NCBI GenBank assembly: GCA_044225365.1
Contig: JBGAIQ010000001.1
Location: forward strand, 160,001 to 224,000
Source: Planctomycetota bacterium
GTDB lineage: Bacteria; Planctomycetota; B15-G4; JADJEK01
DNA length: 64,000 nt
Direction of reading: 5' to 3'
Shown here piece by piece: positions 19,544 to 28,561 of this stretch. Both the position numbers and the translations under genes were made by a program. A model generated the notes under the pieces. It was given only the letters and a program-made list of their open reading frames with translations. It made no database searches and had not been told where the DNA came from. How positions within the stretch are numbered: the stretch's first letter is position 1; each line of letters starts with the position of its first letter.

Positions 19544-19767
19544 CGAACCGACCTCCAGACGCCTTTGGGCGGGGGATTCGTCGCGTCTTCGGTCCGGGCG
19601 TGGACACCGACATGCGTCGAGATCGTCCTCGCCCTCGAGCGGGGATCTCGACGAATCGGGAGACGCGATTCCTCCAATTCTCGCTTCGGCGCAGGCGGGG
19701 GCTCGACTTGACTCTTATTGGTCGAAATCCCGGCCGGCGGGGTGGAGGAGTGGAGAGGTGTGTTCTC

Positions 19768-20898
19768 TCAGTCGGGGACCGGGGCCGCCGGTGCGGGCAC
19801 GGCGAGGAGCAAGCGGATGCGCTGATCGCCGCGGGGCTCCACCGTGAGGTCGCCGCCATGCGCTCGCGCGATGCCGAGCGCGCAGGCGAGGCTGCGCCGT
19901 TCGGTTCCGATCGTGCGCGACGCGTACAGCGGAACCAGGGGATCGAGGGTCGCGAGAGCACGGCGATCGACGCGGGCGACGGTCGAGACGTCGAGGCGAC
20001 CCGGAGTCGTTCCGATCTCGATCTCGAACTGCGAGGGAGCACCGTTCTGCGCGGCCGCGAGGTATCCGAACAGATGGCGGAAGGCGATGAACATCTGCTC
20101 GCGATCGACGAGGATCTCGGGCAGTGGCGAACGCGGCTTGGGTTCGACTCCGCGCAATTCCAGGGAATCGAGCGCTTCTCGGATCACGACGCCGATGTCG
20201 ACCGCGGTCCGGACCGGACGCCGCGAGCCGCCGAAGTACTCGAGTTCGGCGACGATGTCGCCGATGCGCCGTGATTCGCTATCCATCGTTTCGAGCGCGC
20301 CCGTCAACTCGGAAGCCGACAAGCGCCCGCTCCCGCTCTGCAGCAATTGCAAGAGTCCGCGGATCGTCGTGAGCGGATTGTTCACCTCGTGCGCGAGGTG
20401 ACGAACGAACAAGCGCAGGGCGTCGACGGACGCGGCGCTCGATTCGCCCTCGGTGTTCGTGCCGCACTTCGGAGTCTCGACGACCGGAACGGGAGGAGGA
20501 GGCACCGCTCTTTCCGATCGAGCTTCCGCTGCGCGGAGCTGCCGGGCGAGCAGGGCCGCGAGCGCGGAATTCTCGAGATCCGCGGGGAAGATCGCGTCGA
20601 TGGCGGCTTCACGGAGGGCGAGCGTGGCCGCCGCGCGATCAGCGCCGTACACGGCGACGATCGGTACCCATGGGAAACGCACGCGGACGACCCGGCAGAG
20701 CGCGAGGGACAGGGTCGAATCCGCTTCGAGCTCGACGAGCACGAGGCATGGAGCCTCGGTCGGCAACGCGAGGAACGGGTCGCTCGCGTCGAGGACGACG
20801 AGACGGGAACTCGATGCGATCGCGGCGAGCGCCTCCGCAGCCGCCTTGGCCGCGAGTGCGCCGGACCCGTAGAGCATGAGATCGCCGTTTGCCCTCAT
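19768..20898 (-). CDS. Receiver-like + HisKA protein with degenerate ATPase domain (pseudo-histidine kinase)
   Basis: Intact H-box LAHEVNNPLTTIRG; no recognisable N/G1/G2 boxes; terminal IARAHGGDLTV; receiver-like N-terminus. Confidence 0.75.
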   Translation of the reverse strand: MRANGDLMLYGSGALAAKAAAEALAAIASSSRLVVLDASDPFLALPTEAPCLVLVELEADSTLSLALCRVVRVRFPWVPIVAVYGADRAAATLALREAAIDAIFPADLENSALAALLARQLRAAEARSERAVPPPPVPVVETPKCGTNTEGESSAASVDALRLFVRHLAHEVNNPLTTIRGLLQLLQSGSGRLSASELTGALETMDSESRRIGDIVAELEYFGGSRRPVRTAVDIGVVIREALDSLELRGVEPKPRSPLPEILVDREQMFIAFRHLFGYLAAAQNGAPSQFEIEIGTTPGRLDVSTVARVDRRALATLDPLVPLYASRTIGTERRSLACALGIARAHGGDLTVEPRGDQRIRLLLAVPAPAAPVPD

Positions 20899-21347
20899 CG
20901 ATACCCGGTGTCCGAGTCGTAGGTGCGGAGCCGAGATGGAGTCCTACCCCTCCCGGGCGGATCCATCGTGTTACGCGATTGGCAAGAGTCACGATCCCGC
21001 GGCCAAACCCCGCGGCCCGCAGCATCCTATCAACGGGAAGGCATATGCCTACTCACGTCGAGCGTACGGCGGAATGGCAGAAGGATGCCGGATTCCTTGG
21101 ATTTGGCCAGTCGAAAAACTCGCTTCGTGTCGGACGCTCCAGTTATCCTGCCCTGATCGTTCCTCGTCACCGTCTTCCGAGGAGCCGGCCTGGCCGGCGC
21201 GCGAGATCGTTCAAGTCCAATGGTGGAAGCTGCCGAAGCGAACGCCGGACGCTCGATCCCACAGCAGCGACCCGTTCGAGCCCAGTCGTCCGCGCGCGCC
21301 GAACTTCCGACTCTCGTCCCGTTCGTTCCCCGTCGTTCAGCCAGCTC

Positions 21348-22307
21348 ATGTCGTCGAAACCGCAGGTCACGATCCTCATTCCCGTCTACAACGAAGAGGA
21401 GAGCGTGCTTCCTCTCATCGGGTCGATCGTGGACGTCATGCGCCGCGCCGGTCGGGAGAGTGAGATCGTGTTCGTCGACGACGGGAGTGCCGACTCGACC
21501 GGTGATCGGATTCGCGACGCGTCGCTCCGCAATCCGCAGATTCGTCTCATCCGCCTGCGCCGGAATTTCGGGCAGACCGCAGCACTGGCCTGCGGCCTCG
21601 ATCATGCACGCGGCGAGTTCATCGTCACGATGGACGGCGACCTGCAAAACGATCCCGAGGACATCCCGACCCTGCTCGCGCTCCTCGAAGAGGGCTACGA
21701 CCTGGTCTGCGGCTGGCGGCGGGATCGCAAGGATCGGTTCTTCTCGCGGCGACTTCCGTCGCGCATCGCGAACGCCATGCTGTCCGACTTGACGGGAGTG
21801 CGGGTTCACGACTTCGGCTGCACGCTGAAGGGATTCCGCGCGAGCTTCATCGAAGGACTGCCGATCTACTCCGAGATGCATCGTTACATCCCAGCGCTCG
21901 CGGGTTCGGTCGGCGCCCGAGTCACCGAGGTGGTGGTGCGCCATCATCCGCGGCGGTTCGGCGAGTCCAAGTACGGCATCGGCCGCACGTTTCGGGTCAT
22001 CTACGACCTGATCGCATTGCGGCTGCTCACCCGCTTCTCCGCGCGTCCGCTCCACTGGTTCGGAGTCGGTTCGATTCCCTGCTTCTTCTTCGCCGGAGTC
22101 GCATTCTTCTTCGCCTTCATCGATCACACGACGGGCGAACCGGTACGCTATTCGACGATCGTGTTCCCGACGATCCTCATGCTCCTCGTCTACCTCGGAT
22201 TCCACTTCCTCGTCGTCGGTCTCCTGGCCGAACTCGCGGTCAATGTCCTGCGCGGAGGGCCGCGAACGATGGTGCGCATCACCGAGTCGGCGGGAGGGAT
22301 GCGATGA
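21348..22307 (+). CDS. GT2 polyprenyl-phosphate glycosyltransferase (ArnC/GtrB-like)
   Basis: ATG 21348; IPVYNEEES, VDDGSAD, RNFGQTAAL, TMDGDLQNDP, HDFGCTLK, two C-terminal TMs. Confidence 0.92.
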   Translation: MSSKPQVTILIPVYNEEESVLPLIGSIVDVMRRAGRESEIVFVDDGSADSTGDRIRDASLRNPQIRLIRLRRNFGQTAALACGLDHARGEFIVTMDGDLQNDPEDIPTLLALLEEGYDLVCGWRRDRKDRFFSRRLPSRIANAMLSDLTGVRVHDFGCTLKGFRASFIEGLPIYSEMHRYIPALAGSVGARVTEVVVRHHPRRFGESKYGIGRTFRVIYDLIALRLLTRFSARPLHWFGVGSIPCFFFAGVAFFFAFIDHTTGEPVRYSTIVFPTILMLLVYLGFHFLVVGLLAELAVNVLRGGPRTMVRITESAGGMR

Positions 22308-23482
22308 CGCTCGAATCCGATCCGATCCCGGTGAAGCGGGCGGAGCCCGAAGCGCCGGACGTCAGCGCCGTGATCGCGGTCGGCGGCAGCGCCCCCGAGC
22401 TCGGCGATGTCCTGCTGCGATATCACGAGGAGTTCCAGAAGCGAGGTGCGTCGGCGGAATTCGTGGTGGTGCTCGATGGCGTCTCGGACGCGATGTTCGA
22501 ACTCGCGCAGGCCGCGCGTCCCGTCGGCGCAAACGTCCGACTCGTCCGTCTCAATCATCCCTTCGGAGAGTCGATCGCACTCGCATCGGGATTCAAGATC
22601 GCGCGCGGTCGCGTTCTCGTGACCGTGCCGGCGTATTTGCAGGTCGAACCCGCCGACGTGCAGGGTGTCCTCGACGGCCTCGAGGATGGGCTCGACCTGG
22701 TGCAGGGTCTGCGTCAACCGCGAGTCGATTCGATCACGAATCGCGTTCAATCCGCGTTGTTCAACGGCGTGATGCGACTCCTCACCGGAGTGCCGCTGCA
22801 CGACATGAACTGCCCGCTCCGCGCCTTCCGTCGCAAGGTCCTCGAGGACGTGTCGATCCAGGGCGATATGGTGCGCTTCCTGCCCGTCATGGCGCATCGC
22901 CATGGATTCCGAGTCGGTGAAGCGACGATCCGACACCTGAAGGAGCGCGGCAAGGCCGGGTTCTTCGGCGTCAACGTCTACATCCGCCGCTTCCTCGACA
23001 TCATCAACCTGCTCTTCCTGTCGAAGTTCACGCGGGCGCCGCTTCGGTTCTTCGGCACCGCCGGCATCTTCTCGATCGTTCTCGGGGTGATCGTCTGCGC
23101 GTGGCTCGCGATGAACTACTTGTTCTTCACGGGCGTCGAACTGCGCGACAAGGTCACGCTCGTCCTCGGAGTCATGCTCGTCGTCCTCGGGGTGCAGATC
23201 TTCTCGATCGGCCTCGTCGGCGAGATCATCATCTTCACGCAGGCGAAGAACCTGAAGGAATACCGCCTGATCGACGAGCAAGAGGAGTGGGAGCGTCGCG
23301 GTCGTTCGAAGCGCAATGGATCGAGCGGAGAATTGAAGCGCCCGCCGAGCAACGGCCACGGCAACGGGCATGGCGACGCCGCGCCTCCCGAATCGGGAAA
23401 TGGCGCGAGTGGGGGCGAGCTGGGCGGGCCATCTCCTGCGGACGGCCGAGGCGGCAAGGGCAAGGGGCCGAAGTCGCGATGA
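22304..23482 (+). CDS. GT2 ArnC/GtrB-like paralogue lacking the DxD motif
   Basis: Collinear with the upstream GT2 (FGESIAL, HDMNCPLR, two TMs) but TVPAYLQVEP replaces TMDGDLQNDP. Confidence 0.8.
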   Translation: MTLESDPIPVKRAEPEAPDVSAVIAVGGSAPELGDVLLRYHEEFQKRGASAEFVVVLDGVSDAMFELAQAARPVGANVRLVRLNHPFGESIALASGFKIARGRVLVTVPAYLQVEPADVQGVLDGLEDGLDLVQGLRQPRVDSITNRVQSALFNGVMRLLTGVPLHDMNCPLRAFRRKVLEDVSIQGDMVRFLPVMAHRHGFRVGEATIRHLKERGKAGFFGVNVYIRRFLDIINLLFLSKFTRAPLRFFGTAGIFSIVLGVIVCAWLAMNYLFFTGVELRDKVTLVLGVMLVVLGVQIFSIGLVGEIIIFTQAKNLKEYRLIDEQEEWERRGRSKRNGSSGELKRPPSNGHGNGHGDAAPPESGNGASGGELGGPSPADGRGGKGKGPKSR

Positions 23483-24930
23483 ACGGCGTGCCGTTGCCGC
23501 GATCGTGGAAGGTCGCGCTCCTCTGCTGCCTCCTCCTCGCATTCGTCGTTCGCCTGCCCTTCGTACTCGCTTCGTGCGCGTACGGGATCGACGACGACGA
23601 ATTCTACACGTTGCGCTACGCACTCGATTTCTTCGGAGAGCCCACGCCCGTAGCTGCGGCGGGGTTCCCGCTCCTGTTCTTCATGACGCGGGTGAACCTC
23701 GAGCTCCTCGGCCTCTCTCCGCTCGCGCTGCGTGCGTTCCCGTTCGCGTGTGGCGTCTTCGCGGTCGTGCTGCTCGCGCTTCGCGGGCGCCGTTTCGTCG
23801 GTGATCGCGGAGCACTCTTCGCGGCCGGCCTCCTCGCGCTCTGGCCATGGCACCAGTACTGGAGCGGGATGGCGCGTTATTACGCTCCACTCTTCCTCGT
23901 CGGGATCGTGATGATCGACGCGCTCGAATCCGCCCTCGCGCGACCGAATCGCGGATCGATCGCGTCGACCGGAGTGGCGTCGATCGTGGCGGCCGCGATC
24001 CACCCCGCGGGCTTGCTCGGTCTGTGCGGAGTCGGCGCAATGTTCACCGATCCGCAGCAGCGGGCGAGGCACGGAAGCAAGCGGCTCGCGATCGTCGGAA
24101 TCGCCGTGCTGCTCGGCCTCCTGCTCCTGCGTTTCAGCGGCCTCTGGCGCACCGTCGAGCGCGTGCTCTCGGGCGATGGGGGAGAAGGCGCGAACGCGGT
24201 GCAGCTCATCCTCAATCTCGCGTTCAACATCACTCCGTTGCTCTGCGTCCTGGCGATGCTCGGCGCCTACTACCTCCATCGCGAGGAACGTAGCCGTGCT
24301 CACGTCCTCGCGCTCTCCGCGTTCTTGCCCGCTGTCCTGCTCGGGATCCTCGCCGCACTGGGAAACAAGGTGCAGGGGAGGTACGCAATGGTCGGCTTCC
24401 CCGCGCTGCTCTGGCTCGCCGGTCGCGGCGCGGCGGGGATCGTGGAGGCCGCGCGATCCGGGTTGCCGCGCTTCCTGGTCGCTTCCGCGTGTGCGGTGCC
24501 GTTGGTCCCGAGCGTCGTCTCGAATCTGATCGACGGGGATCGCCACGATCTGGGGGCGGCGACGAAGCGCCTCGGAGATCTGCTCACCGGCAGTGAGGAC
24601 GTCTACGCCGAGGGGCACGGCCTGGTCGCGGTGATGTGGTGGGGCGTGGATCGGACGCTTCCCGCGACGCTCGGCGTTCCGCCATCGCCGCGATACCTCG
24701 GTGAGTGTCCGCCGACGGAGGATCAGCTCGCGAAGATCGCGGAAGCCGGAGCGAAGACGTACTTCCTCGTCCCCGAGCACGACCTCGTCACCCCGGGGGC
24801 GGAAACGCAGGCGTTCGCCGCTTGGCTGCGCGCGCACGCGCGCGTGCTCCAACGGTTCGGCGTGCCGCGGTTCGACTACCATCGAAACTCGCTCGTCCTG
24901 CTCGTCACGACCGATCGAGGCGCGACGTGA
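23479..24930 (+). CDS. GT-C-fold integral membrane glycosyltransferase (ArnT/PMT-like)
   Basis: ATG 23479; first TM followed by acidic IDDDEFYT loop; LALRAFP; WHQYWSGMARYY; many TMs. Confidence 0.75.
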   Translation: MNGVPLPRSWKVALLCCLLLAFVVRLPFVLASCAYGIDDDEFYTLRYALDFFGEPTPVAAAGFPLLFFMTRVNLELLGLSPLALRAFPFACGVFAVVLLALRGRRFVGDRGALFAAGLLALWPWHQYWSGMARYYAPLFLVGIVMIDALESALARPNRGSIASTGVASIVAAAIHPAGLLGLCGVGAMFTDPQQRARHGSKRLAIVGIAVLLGLLLLRFSGLWRTVERVLSGDGGEGANAVQLILNLAFNITPLLCVLAMLGAYYLHREERSRAHVLALSAFLPAVLLGILAALGNKVQGRYAMVGFPALLWLAGRGAAGIVEAARSGLPRFLVASACAVPLVPSVVSNLIDGDRHDLGAATKRLGDLLTGSEDVYAEGHGLVAVMWWGVDRTLPATLGVPPSPRYLGECPPTEDQLAKIAEAGAKTYFLVPEHDLVTPGAETQAFAAWLRAHARVLQRFGVPRFDYHRNSLVLLVTTDRGAT

Positions 24931-25976
24931 TCGTGCGGGAGGCAACGCTCGCGGACTCGGCCGCGATCGATCGCTTCGCCGCCGCGCACCCCGCGGGAAC
25001 GATCTTCCACACCACGGCTTGGCGCGCACAGGTCCTCGACGCCGCGCCGCACGAACCGTACTACCTCGTCGTCGATGCGGGCGAAGGCGCGATTCGCGGA
25101 TTGCTGCCGCTCTTCCACGTCCGCTCCTTGCTGGGTGGCGAGACGCTCGTGTCGGTGCCCTATGCGGTGTACGGCGGCATCCTCGCGAGCGACGATGCCG
25201 TCGCTTCCGCGCTGCTCACCGCAGCGAGGGACCTCGCCGACCGGCTCGGAGTACGTCACTTCGAACTTCGCCAGCTCGACGGTTGTTCACCGATCGCGAG
25301 TGAAGGCATTCCGCTCGCGACCTCACCGCTCTATGTCACCTTCCTTCGCGACTTGCCGAACGATCCCGAGGAGTGCCTCACGATCATCCCGCGCAAATCG
25401 CGGGCGACGACACGGCATGCTCGCGACAAGCACGGGATGGAATTCGTCGAAGGCCGGCATCTCCTCCCGAGATTCCACGAGCTGTTCCTCGAGAACAAGA
25501 CCGCCCTCGGCTCGCCGTCGTTCTCGCGCGGCTTCTTCGAGAACCTGCTGTGGCGTCTCGGTGACCGCGTGTGGCTGAACGGCGTTTCGATGAACGGCGA
25601 GATCATCGCCGCGTGCATCTCCTTCGCTCACGCCTCGACGCTCAATCCCTACTACTCGGGCTCCCTCCCCGGCACCGAACGCCTCGGCTCGATGAACTTC
25701 ATGTACTGGCAATTGATGGAGCTCGCTGTGAAGCGGGGCTTCACGCGCTACGACTTCGGTCGCAGTCGCGTCGATACCGGGGCGTTCGCGTTCAAGAAGA
25801 ACATGGGCTTCGAGCCGACACCGCTCCACTATCAGTTCTACCTTCGGGGTGGATCGACCCTGCCGAGTCTCAATCCCTCGAATCCGAAGTTCGAGCGTTT
25901 CCAATCGCTCTGGCGGAAGCTGCCCCTGCCCATCCTCGATGTCGCAGGGCCCTGGATGATGCGGCATCTTCCGTGA
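24927..25976 (+). CDS. FemAB-related GNAT protein, PEP-CTERM/XrtA-associated type (TIGR03019-like)
   Basis: GTG 24927; GTIFH..AW, LVSVPYAVYGG, NFMYWQLM, YDFGRSRVDTGAFAFKKNMGFEP, NPSNPKF. Confidence 0.88.
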   Translation: MIVREATLADSAAIDRFAAAHPAGTIFHTTAWRAQVLDAAPHEPYYLVVDAGEGAIRGLLPLFHVRSLLGGETLVSVPYAVYGGILASDDAVASALLTAARDLADRLGVRHFELRQLDGCSPIASEGIPLATSPLYVTFLRDLPNDPEECLTIIPRKSRATTRHARDKHGMEFVEGRHLLPRFHELFLENKTALGSPSFSRGFFENLLWRLGDRVWLNGVSMNGEIIAACISFAHASTLNPYYSGSLPGTERLGSMNFMYWQLMELAVKRGFTRYDFGRSRVDTGAFAFKKNMGFEPTPLHYQFYLRGGSTLPSLNPSNPKFERFQSLWRKLPLPILDVAGPWMMRHLP

Positions 25977-26004
25977 TGGCCATTGGCCATTGGCCATTGG
26001 CCAT
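25977..26004. repeat. Tandem heptamer repeat (TGGCCAT)x4
   Basis: Four exact copies immediately after the FemAB-like stop codon. Confidence 0.9.
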
Positions 26005-26074
26005 TCGTCGGAACGCTCTGCTATGCTCCGTCGCGATGGTGAGCATCGCAGGTGGAATCCCGGCGCGCGCGGTG

Positions 26075-26686
26075 ATGAGAATACGCAGAGCGGTCGCGAG
26101 GCGCGCCGTTCCGTGCGTCCTCGCCGCGCTCGCGGCCTGCGCGCACGCACCCGCGACGCGCGTCGACGGCGACACCACGGACAGCGCCGCCAGCGGGCGA
26201 TCGGTGGGTGGGATGCTCTCGGACTACGGTCGGGCGCGAGTCCTCGACCTGTCCGACATCGTTGCGCTTCGCATCGGCGTGGGACCCGGACTGCTCGTCC
26301 AGGCTCGCGCGACGCGATACGTCGCGCTCGGCGTCGGATCGATCGGACCCGCGCACGTGTTCAGCGGGGGCTTCCGTCCCGAGTGCTACTTCCTCGGTTG
26401 GAACGGTCGCGAAGGCGGGGTTTGGATCGAACGTCGCACGGAGTACGGGATCTCGACGTTCTATGGTTGCGAAGCCACGGGCGAGTCGCAAGCGGGCAAC
26501 GTGACGCGCTTCGGCCTCGACGGTCGACGCACGTTCGACGTGGGAGCCGAGGCGTACTTGGCTCTCGTCGGACTCGCGGTCGACGCCCGTGTGGAAGAAG
26601 CGCTCGACTTCGTCGCCGGGATCTTCGGCTTCGATCCGGAAGGGGACGACACCGCCGCGGTCAGCGTCGCTCGAGCGAATCCCTGA
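26075..26686 (+). CDS. Hypothetical lipoprotein
   Basis: Basic N-terminus, hydrophobic stretch and LAAC lipobox from ATG 26075; Gly-rich body ending LDFVAGIFGFDPEGDD. Confidence 0.65.
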   Translation: MRIRRAVARRAVPCVLAALAACAHAPATRVDGDTTDSAASGRSVGGMLSDYGRARVLDLSDIVALRIGVGPGLLVQARATRYVALGVGSIGPAHVFSGGFRPECYFLGWNGREGGVWIERRTEYGISTFYGCEATGESQAGNVTRFGLDGRRTFDVGAEAYLALVGLAVDARVEEALDFVAGIFGFDPEGDDTAAVSVARANP

Positions 26687-28355
26687 TCGTCTGAACTTCG
26701 GCGGGCGTGATCAGGCCCGTGCTCTCGAACTGCGGCAAGAGTCCGAGGAGGATCGCTCTTTGGCGCGCGTCGGTTCGTCCGGCGGCGGCGCGCTTCAAGA
26801 CCGCCCTGGCTTCGTCGCGGGTCACGACCGAAGGCGGCCCCTTCGCATCGGGGCGATAGAGGCCGAGTAGATCGATCAAGGCATCGATGCAGTGCGGATT
26901 GCGCCCACTCGGGTCGAGCGAAGCAGCGGCGCGATAGTGCTTCGCGGCTTCTAGCGCGTCGCCGAGGCGTGCAGCCGCGTACTCACCGAGTTCGAGATGC
27001 GCTTCGAGCGCGAAGAGATGTTCGGGATCGACCTCGAGCGAGCGCTTCCAGTGATGCACGGCTCCGCGTTGATCGTCGCTGACGTATTCGAGCTTGCCCT
27101 CGGCCTTCAGCAATCCAGCGACCTGGAACTGCGCGAACCCGGAAGTCTCGTCCTTCTCCGCGGCGTCGCGCCAGAGGGCGAGGTCGTCGTGGAAGACGGG
27201 TGTGCGAGCGAGAGTGAGCCCGAACAAGGCGATCAGGAGCACGACGACGACGCTCGTGCGAAGGAGAGTTCGGGGCGCGAGCCCCGTGGCGATCAAGACG
27301 CAGAGGCCGGCGCTCGGGAGATACAGGAATCGATCGCCGAAGATCCAGCCGATGGGCACGAGATGGAGGAACGGGATCATCCCCGCGAAGAAGAGGATGG
27401 CGCTGCCCCGTACCAGGGTCGACCGGCGCTTCCCGAGAATCATGACTGCGCAAAGGAGGAGTGCGATCCCGAGCAGGAGCAACACCGCGCCGCCGAAGCT
27501 GCGAGGTTCGTAGTAGATCGAGAGCGACGTCGGCAGGAAGAAGTTCGAAACGGTCCTTCCGAGCACGCGCACGCCGAGTTCGACGCGCGACAGGAACGGC
27601 AGACCGCCGAGGACGGGGTCGTTCGAGACGTCGGGCGAGAAGCGACCGAGCACGGCGACGCGGACGAGGATCAGCGCGATCGTCGTGAACGCGAGGGTGG
27701 CGAAGCGCGCGGCGATCGCGCGGACGGGAAGGCGCTCGAAGACGTCGATGGCGAGCAACGCGAGCGGGAGCGGTAACGCGCTCTCCTTCGCGAGGCTCGC
27801 CGCGGCATACGCCGCCGCCATCGCGACGAGGCGAAGTCCGGTGCGCCCGGCCGCGGGCGGCCGCGCGAGGAGGGCGAGGAGCGCGAAGATCGTGGCGAGG
27901 ATCTCCGCACGTCCCACGATCCACGCAACGGCTTCGACGTGGATCGGATGCACGGCGAAGATCGCTCCCGCGGTCGCCGCGACCGGAGTCGAAGCGCCGA
28001 GCCGGGCCGCGACGAAAACGAGCAAGGCCGCCGCCAGCGCGTGCGATGCGATGTTGACCTTGCGGAATGCAGGGGCGTCGAGACCGGTCGACTCGTACTG
28101 CGCTCGATAGGTCCACACCGTGAGGGGGCGAAAGAGTCCGAGTTCGGGCCGATTCGGCGGCGTGGGGGAGGTGAAGGGCGACGCGTCACCGATCACGGCT
28201 GAGTTCTTCACGACGTACGTTTCGTCGTCGAGCACGAAGCTCCCGCTCGCCGCGACGACGTACGCGAGGATCGCCAGGATTGCGACGAATACCGCCGCCA
28301 CGGCGAGATGGCGGCGGTTCATGGCGGGCTCGAGCGGTGGGTTCGACGTCGTCAT
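26661..28355 (-). CDS. TMTC/DUF1736-like GT-C membrane protein with C-terminal TPRs
   Basis: LDDETY, LFRPL, FAVHPIHVEAVAWIVGRAEIL, LAKESA, DRFLYLPS, LWRDA then TPR-like helices; start may be 28322. Confidence 0.85.
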   Translation of the reverse strand: MTTSNPPLEPAMNRRHLAVAAVFVAILAILAYVVAASGSFVLDDETYVVKNSAVIGDASPFTSPTPPNRPELGLFRPLTVWTYRAQYESTGLDAPAFRKVNIASHALAAALLVFVAARLGASTPVAATAGAIFAVHPIHVEAVAWIVGRAEILATIFALLALLARPPAAGRTGLRLVAMAAAYAAASLAKESALPLPLALLAIDVFERLPVRAIAARFATLAFTTIALILVRVAVLGRFSPDVSNDPVLGGLPFLSRVELGVRVLGRTVSNFFLPTSLSIYYEPRSFGGAVLLLLGIALLLCAVMILGKRRSTLVRGSAILFFAGMIPFLHLVPIGWIFGDRFLYLPSAGLCVLIATGLAPRTLLRTSVVVVLLIALFGLTLARTPVFHDDLALWRDAAEKDETSGFAQFQVAGLLKAEGKLEYVSDDQRGAVHHWKRSLEVDPEHLFALEAHLELGEYAAARLGDALEAAKHYRAAASLDPSGRNPHCIDALIDLLGLYRPDAKGPPSVVTRDEARAVLKRAAAGRTDARQRAILLGLLPQFESTGLITPAEVQTIRDSLERR

Positions 28356-28561
28356 CCGCGAGGTTCTCGAGTCGTTCCGGACCGCGACTCGGGGCAGGGC
28401 ACACGGGCCGGATTTCGCCCAAGCCCCGCATCAGCAAAAGTCAGGCCCGCCGGAAGCCGATAGGATGGGACCGACCCCGCGGTTCGTCGTCTCCTGGATT
28501 CCGATCGGCGCCGGGGGTCTGCACGGCGTCCCGTCGGGTGACTCGCCAGCTGGAGATTCGC

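Noticed and set aside
25977-26004. CRISPR array or IS end
   Set aside because: 7-bp units without spacers; no cas, transposase or integrase gene anywhere in the window
28436-28463. Sigma28-like promoter (AAAAG...GCCGATAG) before the DUF5658-like gene
   Set aside because: The -35 element is poor and the spacing is off by one
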